A stretch of DNA of 32,000 bases. Source: Taklimakanibacter lacteus (GTDB lineage: Bacteria; Pseudomonadota; Alphaproteobacteria; Rhizobiales; Aestuariivirgaceae). Positions within the stretch are counted from its first letter, which is position 1; each line of letters opens with the position of its first letter. The stretch covers positions 41,277-73,276 of the forward strand of contig NZ_QOZQ01000007.1 in NCBI RefSeq assembly GCF_003576695.1. Reading direction: 5' to 3'. This document shows positions 24,773 to 32,000 of the stretch, one piece after another. The notes under the pieces are model-generated. The model was not told the origin of the DNA. It did no database searches and worked only from the letters and a program-made list of their open reading frames with translations. The translations under genes and the position numbers were made by a program.

Positions 24773-24977
24773 TTGACTGACGACCGGTCATTCGTCAACA
24801 TAGATGCGAATTGTTCGCAGGTCGCAGCTGCCGCAAATGCGTTCCGACGAGGTGTTGAAGCCTCACTTGAGGCGTCCGTTGCGTTTCCTCGCTGCCTGAG
24901 CGGAGAGCGCCCCGTCCAAGTTGACACGCATGCAATGTTATATCATTACATATCCACGATGACTGACTCTCGGTCAT
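24773..24977. promoter_or_regulatory. Divergent promoter region (ABC exporter operon / TonB-receptor operon) with two TGACTGAC-N3-CGGTCAT boxes
   Basis: ttgactgacgaccggtcat at 24773-24791 and atgactgactctcggtcat at 24959-24977 are identical at 15 of 19 positions. A perfect TTGACA lies at 24921-24926, followed by an AT-rich stretch (24934-24955). Confidence 0.5.
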
Positions 24978-25020
24978 AATATTGCTGAGCTACTGGGTCT
25001 GTCAGAAGGTTGGGGGCACC

Positions 25021-27150
25021 ATGTTGCGTTTCGTTAGTTCGTCCTGTGCCGTGTCAGCAGCTATCGCTGCATCGACGCTTTCGGCCTTTGGGCAAGATGC
25101 GGTGACTCTTCCGGAAATCGTCGTCACGACCAGGCGCGCCCAGCCCGCTCCCGCGCAGCGATCCGCACCCGCCCAGCCCGCGTCGTCGCAGGCACCTTCC
25201 GTGCAACCACAAGACGCCGTCGAGCAGGGCGCAAGCCTCGTCATCAATCAGCCGGAAAGCGTCTCTGTGGTGCGGCGACAGCAGATTGAGCAAACACCGG
25301 CACAGTCGATTGACGATGTCTTGCGCACAACGACGTCTGTCAATCTTGGGTCTGGGGATGCTGCTTCCTACCAGATTCATCCCCATTCAAATACGATCTC
25401 CATGCGCGGACTCGGAGGCACTCGAGCGCTCGTTTTGCTGGACGGGGTGCCATTGAATGACCCGTTCGTTGGTTTTGTGCAATGGAACCGCGTGCCGTTG
25501 GAGAACATCGAGCGCGTGGAAGTCGTGCGCGGAGGTGGCTCGCCGCTATGGGGCAACTACGCGATGGGCGGCGTGATCAACATCATCAGTAAGACACCGG
25601 ATAAGAATGAGGTGTCGGGAGAAGCCGGATACGGCAGCTACGGCACGTACCGTGTCAATGGGGCCGCCTCCTACGTCGCTTCAGATGCTCTCAAAATCAG
25701 AGGCAATGTCAGCCAGTGGGGGACCAACGGCTTTCAGCAGGTGGCGCCCAGTTACGGCCCGATTTACGTTCCTACATCGTTCGATGCGTTTAACGCGCAG
25801 TTGAGTGCTTTTTTCAATCCTGATCCGAGCCTGCATGGCTATGTGCGGTTCAACGGCCACCGCAACGATCAAACCCTGCTCACAAGGCTCAGCACCAACA
25901 ATCAGGAGATCTACGATTTTTCCGGCAGCGTGACCAAGACCATCGGCGCCTCCGATGTCACGCTGACCGCCTTCCATCAGCACACCAATTATTCGAACGC
26001 CAATACCAATACGCCGTCCGGCGTACCGGCCGGCTTTGGTGAATACGTGCAAAATCGCCATACCAATCCGACGGATTCCACCGGTGCTTCGCTGCTGTGG
26101 TCGACGCGGATCAACGACGTGTTCCGACGTGTCACCCTCGGCGCCGATGTCCATAGTATCGCCGGCCAGGATACGGCCGACATATTCGCAGAGAACGGCA
26201 CGCAGGTTCGAACCGACATCGGACGTGGCAAGCAGCGCTTCCTGGGTACGTTCGCTCAGTTCGATATATTCCCGACTGAACAGTTGGAAATGCTCGCGAG
26301 CGTCCGCTACCAGAATTTTTTGAACTACGATGGCTTCAATGGCGTGACCGGCGCTGGGGCCGTGCCAAGCACATCGGCCGACAGCGTCGATCCTCGTCTG
26401 TCGGTCCGCTATGCGCTTACGCCGAATTTCGCGTTGCGTGCGGCAGCCTATACGTCGTTTCGCGCCCCGACCCTTAGCGAACTCTATGGCTCGTTCAGCG
26501 TGCCATTTGGCATCTTTTCTGGGAACTCACAGCTCAAGCCGGAGAAGTTGAAAGGCGCCGAGGCCGGTTTCGACGTGAAACGGGGACCGATTCTCGGCCA
26601 AGTCATCGTGTATACGAACGAGATTACGGATTTCATCACGAACAGGAATCTCGACCCCTCCGAACTGCCTCCGGGATTTTTCTTCGGCTCTCGCAAGATC
26701 AACGCGGGAAAAGCCAAGTCGGACGGCCTGGAAGCCAATCTTGAGTGGTTGATCATGCCGGGCCTGAGAGCGAACTTCGGCTACAATCTCTACGACTCCA
26801 AGATTGTGGAAAATCAATTCGAGCCGGGGAGTGTCGGCAAGCAGCAGGCCGGCATTCCGCTGCAGATGGCGACCGCTGGCTTGGCCTATAGCGATCCGCG
26901 CGGATGGCGCGCCTCGGCGCGCGTGCGCTGGCTCGACAGGTCGTGGGGCGACAACCTCAACACGCTGCCAATCGATTCGCACTTTGTGGTCGACGCTTCA
27001 TTTGGCTACAAGCTCACAAAACAAAGCGAGTTGTTCTTAAACATACAAAACCTGTTCGATAGGAGATATATCGCAGACAACAGCGGTATCTATCCTCCGC
27101 TGTTCGGCACGCCGTTCTCGGTTTTCGGCGGAATGCGGGCCACATTCTGA
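25021..27150 (+). CDS. TonB-dependent outer-membrane receptor (siderophore/metal-chelate type)
   Basis: Signal peptide (MLRFVSSSCAVSAAIAASTLSAFGQ). TonB-box-like VTLPEIVVT. Plug motifs (RGLGGTRALVLLDGVPLND, IERVEVVRGGGSPLWG). Beta-barrel body ending in a terminal F (GGMRATF). ATG 25021 is preferred over the TTG at 24982. Confidence 0.93.
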   Translation: MLRFVSSSCAVSAAIAASTLSAFGQDAVTLPEIVVTTRRAQPAPAQRSAPAQPASSQAPSVQPQDAVEQGASLVINQPESVSVVRRQQIEQTPAQSIDDVLRTTTSVNLGSGDAASYQIHPHSNTISMRGLGGTRALVLLDGVPLNDPFVGFVQWNRVPLENIERVEVVRGGGSPLWGNYAMGGVINIISKTPDKNEVSGEAGYGSYGTYRVNGAASYVASDALKIRGNVSQWGTNGFQQVAPSYGPIYVPTSFDAFNAQLSAFFNPDPSLHGYVRFNGHRNDQTLLTRLSTNNQEIYDFSGSVTKTIGASDVTLTAFHQHTNYSNANTNTPSGVPAGFGEYVQNRHTNPTDSTGASLLWSTRINDVFRRVTLGADVHSIAGQDTADIFAENGTQVRTDIGRGKQRFLGTFAQFDIFPTEQLEMLASVRYQNFLNYDGFNGVTGAGAVPSTSADSVDPRLSVRYALTPNFALRAAAYTSFRAPTLSELYGSFSVPFGIFSGNSQLKPEKLKGAEAGFDVKRGPILGQVIVYTNEITDFITNRNLDPSELPPGFFFGSRKINAGKAKSDGLEANLEWLIMPGLRANFGYNLYDSKIVENQFEPGSVGKQQAGIPLQMATAGLAYSDPRGWRASARVRWLDRSWGDNLNTLPIDSHFVVDASFGYKLTKQSELFLNIQNLFDRRYIADNSGIYPPLFGTPFSVFGGMRATF

Positions 27151-28514
27151 TGTCCCGAGCGCCAACCCGCGGCCAGCTCTATGCCATGTTTTGGCGGTGG
27201 CACTTTCTGGCGTCCCTGTTGGTCATTCCCTTTGTGTTGTGGCAGAGCACGACCGGCACGCTCTATCTCTGGTCGGAATGGTGGATGGATGTGAGCCGCC
27301 CGGAACTGCGGTTCGTCGAACCGTCGGCTGCGCGGGCACCGCTGCGCGACCAAGTCGCGGCGGCACTTGCAAGCTCGCTGCTTGTACCAGCGACTGCCGC
27401 GCGCCCGGCCCACTCTCACGGCGCAACAGATTCATCGCCTGCTGCGGCCGGCGCTGTCGGCGATCCACAGAACGGGATTCCGGTGGACAGCATCATCGTC
27501 GCCGACGATCCCCATCGCAGCACGACCGTCCTGCTGCAGAGCAGCAGCGGACTTTCCTACCCGGTGTTCGTCAATCCGTACGACGGGCACGTCCTAGGCA
27601 CCCTAAAGCCGACCGAATGGTTGCCCGGTCTTAGTCGCTCTCTGCACGGTGGATGGCCATTAGGCAAAGCCGGGAGTTGGCTGCTTGAACTCGCCGCATC
27701 TTGGGCGATCGTCATGATCATAACCGGCTTGTACCTCTGGTGGCCGCACGGGCGGAGCCTTCGTCAAGCGCTGTGGCCCCGTTTCAGCGCCGGACCGCGA
27801 ATCCTTCTCCGCGACCTGCACGCTTGCGTGGCCGTGCTGTTCTCGGTTGTTTTTCTTTTCTTCCTGATTAGCGCGCTTCCGTGGACAGCATTCTGGGGCG
27901 AACAAGTGCTGCTGCGCGTGCAGATGGCGCTCGGCCAGGAGAGCCCTGCTGGCTTTTCGCCCGGTGGCGCTTCGGCTACGCAAATTGCGGCTGCTTCCCC
28001 TTCCCTTGACGAGGCCGTTGCCACAGCGCGTGCCCGTGGCGTCAAGGGACTCCTTGAAATACGCCTCGCCCCCTGGCCGGGTGCGCCATGGTTCATGACC
28101 AATCGGACGGCGAGTCTCGCTGACGATCGGACCGTGCTAGGCGATACCAGAAGCGGCGCGATCGTGGGTGACTTTCGCCACGACGATCATCCGCTCATTC
28201 CACGGCTGGTCGCTGTCGGCATTCATGTGCATCAGGGCGACTTTGGCCCGGTCAATCTGTGGCTCAATACCGCGTTCGCGTTATCGCTCGTGTGGCTGAG
28301 CATCACGGGGATAGCGTCATGGTGGATTCGCCGGCCGAAACAGGCCTTGGGCGTACCGCCCAAAGTGCGTGTGCGATGGCCCCGCCCGCTGGTCGCTGTC
28401 GTCGCGACCATGTGCCTCCTGCTGCCGATCTTTGCGGCATCTGTCCTAGCCGTTGCCGGCATCGAAAAACTCGCGCGGGGATTTTGGAGCAGTCCTGAAG
28501 GTGAGCGCTGTTAG
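27150..28514 (+). CDS. PepSY-associated TM-helix protein (PiuB-like, often linked to ferric-siderophore handling)
   Basis: 454 aa. The N-terminal FWRWHFLASLLVIPFVLWQSTTGTLYLW is typical of PepSY_TM proteins, with four or more TM helices. The ATG shares a base with the receptor stop (TGATG at 27148-27152). Confidence 0.85.
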   Translation: MSRAPTRGQLYAMFWRWHFLASLLVIPFVLWQSTTGTLYLWSEWWMDVSRPELRFVEPSAARAPLRDQVAAALASSLLVPATAARPAHSHGATDSSPAAAGAVGDPQNGIPVDSIIVADDPHRSTTVLLQSSSGLSYPVFVNPYDGHVLGTLKPTEWLPGLSRSLHGGWPLGKAGSWLLELAASWAIVMIITGLYLWWPHGRSLRQALWPRFSAGPRILLRDLHACVAVLFSVVFLFFLISALPWTAFWGEQVLLRVQMALGQESPAGFSPGGASATQIAAASPSLDEAVATARARGVKGLLEIRLAPWPGAPWFMTNRTASLADDRTVLGDTRSGAIVGDFRHDDHPLIPRLVAVGIHVHQGDFGPVNLWLNTAFALSLVWLSITGIASWWIRRPKQALGVPPKVRVRWPRPLVAVVATMCLLLPIFAASVLAVAGIEKLARGFWSSPEGERC

Positions 28515-28523
28515 GAGTATTAC

Positions 28524-29225
28524 ATGCTGTCAACCGAACATCTGACCAAGCGCTTCAACGGCCTAACGGCGGTCGACGATCTCTCTCTGAGCGTCGCGCC
28601 CGGTGAAATCTTCGCGCTGCTCGGCCCCAACGGCGCCGGCAAGACGACAACGATCAATTGTTTCCTCGGCTTCCTCACGCCTGACCAGGGTCGGGTGTTG
28701 GTTGACGACCTCGATGTTGGAACGCATGCGCTCGAAACCAAGCGACGCCTTGCCTACATTCCCGAGCAGGTCAACCTTTACGGCCATTTCTCCGGCGTCG
28801 AGAATCTCGCCTATTTCAGCGAGCTTGCCGGCGCGAGCCATGACGATGCGGCGCTGCGACAATTTCTGTCCGAGGCCGGCCTGCAAGCCGATGCCCATGA
28901 CCGCCGCGTGAGCGGCTATTCGAAGGGCATGCGACAGAAGGTCGGCATCGCCATGGCGCTCGCCAAGAGTGCGAAGGCACTTATTCTCGATGAACCGACG
29001 AGTGGCCTCGACCCCAGCGCGTCGCACGAGTTCACCGTCTTGCTGCGGCGGTTTGCTGCGAGCGGCGCCGCCGTGCTGATGGCGACCCACGATCTCTTTC
29101 GTGCCAAGCAAGTCGCAAGTCGGGTCGGCATCGTCCGTCACGGCAAGCTCGTGCATGCGCTCACCGCAGCTGAACTCAGTCACACCGATCTCGAGAAGCT
29201 CTATCTCGAGACCATGGAGTCCTGA
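28524..29225 (+). CDS. ABC transporter ATP-binding protein (ABC-2/DrrA-like)
   Basis: 233 aa. Walker A GPNGAGKTT; signature YSKGMRQKVGIA; Walker B LILDEPTSGLD. Confidence 0.93.
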   Translation: MLSTEHLTKRFNGLTAVDDLSLSVAPGEIFALLGPNGAGKTTTINCFLGFLTPDQGRVLVDDLDVGTHALETKRRLAYIPEQVNLYGHFSGVENLAYFSELAGASHDDAALRQFLSEAGLQADAHDRRVSGYSKGMRQKVGIAMALAKSAKALILDEPTSGLDPSASHEFTVLLRRFAASGAAVLMATHDLFRAKQVASRVGIVRHGKLVHALTAAELSHTDLEKLYLETMES

Positions 29226-29230
29226 CAGCC

Positions 29231-30628
29231 ATGATCGCGACCATCGCTCGCAAGGAATTCATCGAGCTCATCCGTGACGGCCGGTTCCGTTGGGCCGCCG
29301 CTATTGTCTGGGCGCTCTTGGTAACGGCCCTTGTGGCAGGCGGTTACTATCAGCGCGATCTGGTCACGCAGCAGCGCGCGGCGCAAGCCGCCGAACAGGC
29401 GCGGTGGTATGCGCAAGACCCGAAGAATCCGCATTCAGCCGCCCACTATGGTCTCTATGCCTTCAAGCCGCGCCTTGCCCCGGCGTTTCTCGACCCAGGC
29501 GTCGAGCCCTATACGGGGATCGCGGTCTGGCTTGAAGCGCACAAGCAGAACGAGCTGATATTTCGACCAAGTGAAGACGCGACAATTGCGCAACGCTTCG
29601 GCGACATGACAGTCGCCCTCGTGTTGCAAGTTGTGCTGCCGCTCGTCATCATCATGCTCGGATTCAGCGCGTTTGCAGGCGAGCGGGAGCGTGGCACGCT
29701 GCGCCAACTTCTCAGCTTGGGGCTGAGGCCGCGCGACCTTGTCACCGGCAAAATGCTGGGTTCTGCCGCCGCCCTGGCGCTCATCGCAGGGCCGGCAGCG
29801 CTGCTAGGCGCAGCGACCCTCGCATTGATCGGGCCGGCTGGTGGCGAATTGCGATTTGCCCTGCTGGCAGTCGCCTATCTGCTTTATCTTGGCATCTTTC
29901 TGCTTCTCACTCTGGCCGTATCTGCGCGGGCACCCTCGTCGCGCTTTGCACTGGTGGTCCTGCTGGCGTTTTGGGCGGTGAATTGCTTGCTTGCACCCCG
30001 CCTGGTGGCCGATTTCGCCGCCGAACGTCATCCGCTGCCGGAGGCGGTCTCGTTCAAGGCCCGAGTGCAAGCGGCGCTGCACGACCCAGCCGCTACGTCG
30101 GCAATGATGAAAGCCCGGACCGCTGAACTGCTTAAACAGCACGGCGTGACGCGCGAGCAGGATCTGCCAGTCAATCTCGCGGGCTTGAGCCTTCAGGTCG
30201 GCGAGGAGCATGGCTACGAGGTCTTTGACAAATTCTACAATGAACTCTACGCGCCGATGGAAGCGCAAAACCGCCTGTTGCAGCGCGCCGCTGCATTCTT
30301 CCCGCAGCTCGGTCTCCAGGCGATCTCGATGGGGCTTGCGGGCACTGATCTCGCCCAGCATCGCGATTTCACTCGCGCAGCGGAAGAGCATCGGCGTGTG
30401 GAACTCAAGATCATCAATGATGACATTCTTGAGCATCCCGTAAAAGCCGGAGACATCCATCTCGGCGATCGCGGACTGTGGGCGAAAGTACCGGCCTTCC
30501 ACTATCAGGCACCCGACATCGGCTGGGTGCTGTCAAACCACGCGCTCACACTTGTCCTCCTCCTTCTCTGGTTTGGATTCGCTGCCTGCCTCGCCTGGAC
30601 CGGTGCGGTGCGACTCCGCCCGCTATAG
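29231..30628 (+). CDS. ABC-2-type transporter permease (DUF3526-like)
   Basis: 465 aa. N-terminal TM helix, a large loop, a cluster of TM helices (GERERGTLRQLLSLG motif) and a C-terminal soluble region with a final TM helix. It immediately follows the ATPase. Confidence 0.8.
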   Translation: MIATIARKEFIELIRDGRFRWAAAIVWALLVTALVAGGYYQRDLVTQQRAAQAAEQARWYAQDPKNPHSAAHYGLYAFKPRLAPAFLDPGVEPYTGIAVWLEAHKQNELIFRPSEDATIAQRFGDMTVALVLQVVLPLVIIMLGFSAFAGERERGTLRQLLSLGLRPRDLVTGKMLGSAAALALIAGPAALLGAATLALIGPAGGELRFALLAVAYLLYLGIFLLLTLAVSARAPSSRFALVVLLAFWAVNCLLAPRLVADFAAERHPLPEAVSFKARVQAALHDPAATSAMMKARTAELLKQHGVTREQDLPVNLAGLSLQVGEEHGYEVFDKFYNELYAPMEAQNRLLQRAAAFFPQLGLQAISMGLAGTDLAQHRDFTRAAEEHRRVELKIINDDILEHPVKAGDIHLGDRGLWAKVPAFHYQAPDIGWVLSNHALTLVLLLLWFGFAACLAWTGAVRLRPL

Positions 30629-30636
30629 GTGATTCC

Positions 30637-32000
30637 ATGTTCAAGACCGTTTTTCGGTGGGAGCTTCGGGCACTGCGACGGGATCCTGCATTTTGGGCAG
30701 CGCTGACTTTTGGCATTGTTGCACTTGGCTTCGCGCTTACCAACGGCGAACGCTGGCGTTCGCATTTGGGCGGCGTGCGCGCTGCGGCTGCACAGCAGGA
30801 CGTCTCGGCGCGCGAAACTGCTCGGGCGACAGCGACTCGTATCAACAGTGGACAGCAACCTGCGTCCTTCTTCGATCCGCGTAACGCTCTTGTTTATGCG
30901 AATTACCTCATGTCGCATTACGCAGTCTTGCCGGCGACGCCACTTGCGGCGCTTGCCGTCGGCCAGAGCGATCTCCTGCCGTCGGCTCTGCCGCTTACCC
31001 CTGGTCGCCTGCCTTCACTCGCGGACGGTTCTGAGCCGGAGAACCCCCATCGTCTTCTGATCGGCCGTTTCGACCCTGCGTTTGCAGTGATCTTTTTGTT
31101 TCCGCTACTGATCATAGGACTGAGCTACGCGTTGCTCGCGGGCGAGCGGGAGCGCGGCACTCTGACGCTCATGCTGGCGCAACCACTGACGCTGCAAGCA
31201 CTGCTCGTCGGCAAGCTAGTGCCTCGAATCCTGCTGATCGTTGGATTGCTGCTGGTTTTCGCTGCGATTTCGGCAGCTAACGTGCCTGTTTCGGCTTGGC
31301 CGCGCCTCGCGATTTGGTTTGCTGTCGCTATCGCCTACACTGCTTTCTGGTTTGCCTTGACTGCGGCAGTCGTGACTCGGCGCGGCAATACGGCCACGCA
31401 CGCAGTGACGTTGGCGGCCGCGTGGCTGACACTGACGCTGTTGGTGCCCACGCTTGTCAATCTTGTCGTCAAGACGATGGTTCCCGTGCCCTCGCGGGTC
31501 GAATTGATCCTTGCGTCGCGTGCCGCGACCGATCAAGCCACTGCCGAGCGTAGCAAGCTTCTCGGCGCCTTTTATGAGGACCACCCGGACCTTGCTCCTG
31601 CCGGTGGTGATGGCCTACACGGCGCAGACTTCATCACGCTGCAGTTGGTGACTGGCCAGAGGGTCGAGCGCGATCTTGCGCCTGTCCTGGCTCGTTTCTC
31701 TGATCAACTTGCCCGCCAGCAGCGCCTGGTGGAGAAGCTGCAATACCTTTCACCGGCATTGCTCGCGCAATCGGCATTCGCCGATGCAGCAGGAACAGGT
31801 CCGGCTCGCTACGCTTGGTTTTTCGAGCAAGCACGCGCACATCATTCGGAACTACGAGCGTTTTTCGAGCCGCGAGCGTTGCGCAAAGAGAAGTTTGCCG
31901 CATGGGATGACGTACCTGGATTCTATTACGTGGAGGAACCGATTATCTCTGTCGTCACGCGTCTTGCGCCTGCCGTCGGAGCACTTCTCTTTGTGGCCCT
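30637..32000 (+). CDS. Second ABC-2-type permease (DUF3526-like paralogue), 3' end beyond the window
   Basis: Hand translation from ATG 30637 (MFKTVFRWELRALRRDPAFWAAL...) stays open to position 32000. It has the same GERERGTLTLMLAQP motif (about 31141-31185) as the preceding permease. It is absent from the ORF track because it is open-ended. Confidence 0.75.
   Translation, partial: MFKTVFRWELRALRRDPAFWAALTFGIVALGFALTNGERWRSHLGGVRAAAAQQDVSARETARATATRINSGQQPASFFDPRNALVYANYLMSHYAVLPATPLAALAVGQSDLLPSALPLTPGRLPSLADGSEPENPHRLLIGRFDPAFAVIFLFPLLIIGLSYALLAGERERGTLTLMLAQPLTLQALLVGKLVPRILLIVGLLLVFAAISAANVPVSAWPRLAIWFAVAIAYTAFWFALTAAVVTRRGNTATHAVTLAAAWLTLTLLVPTLVNLVVKTMVPVPSRVELILASRAATDQATAERSKLLGAFYEDHPDLAPAGGDGLHGADFITLQLVTGQRVERDLAPVLARFSDQLARQQRLVEKLQYLSPALLAQSAFADAAGTGPARYAWFFEQARAHHSELRAFFEPRALRKEKFAAWDDVPGFYYVEEPIISVVTRLAPAVGALLFVA

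Noticed and set aside
24934-24955. AT-rich aatgttatatcattacatatcc as a possible Fur/Irr-type iron box upstream of the TonB-receptor operon
   Set aside because: It shares only a partial tatcatta core with the Fur consensus and is a poor palindrome. Alphaproteobacterial iron regulators use different boxes that I do not see here. It may simply be the -10 region.

Overview
High-GC proteobacterial DNA; gene content looks alphaproteobacterial/Rhizobiales-like, which is inference only. It falls into three blocks. (1) 1-9.1 kb is an accessory, defence-island-like block. It holds a minus-strand bicistron of unknown function that runs off the left edge, and a divergent promoter region with six copies of a TGCGGTGA(A/T)T box. 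It also holds a class-II Fic gene tightly coupled to a 1,098-aa single-chain enzyme (PD-ExK nuclease-like N-terminus, gamma-class N6-adenine methyltransferase, type-ISP/MmeI-like C-terminal domain). Convergent to that is a 1,146-aa fusion of a Cas4/RecB-like Fe-S nuclease, an RNase-H-fold exonuclease-like module and an SF1 (Upf1/Dna2-like) helicase, bracketed by direct repeats. (2) 9.4-19.1 kb is a complete, tightly overlapped trbB-C-D-E-J-K(alt)-L-F-G-I-DUF2274 mating-pair-formation (P-type T4SS) operon of an ICE or conjugative plasmid, on the minus strand. (3) 19.3-32 kb holds LysR and TetR regulators, a CydDC-like ABC exporter pair, and a TonB-dependent receptor / PepSY / ABC-2 (DUF3526-like) operon. 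A TGACTGAC...CGGTCA box occurs four times in its two promoter regions. I found no rRNA, tRNA, CRISPR array, integrase or transposase. The best candidate for an undescribed system is block 1: its gene combination does not match the hallmark set of any named defence system I know. All family calls rest on motifs read by eye; no database search was possible.
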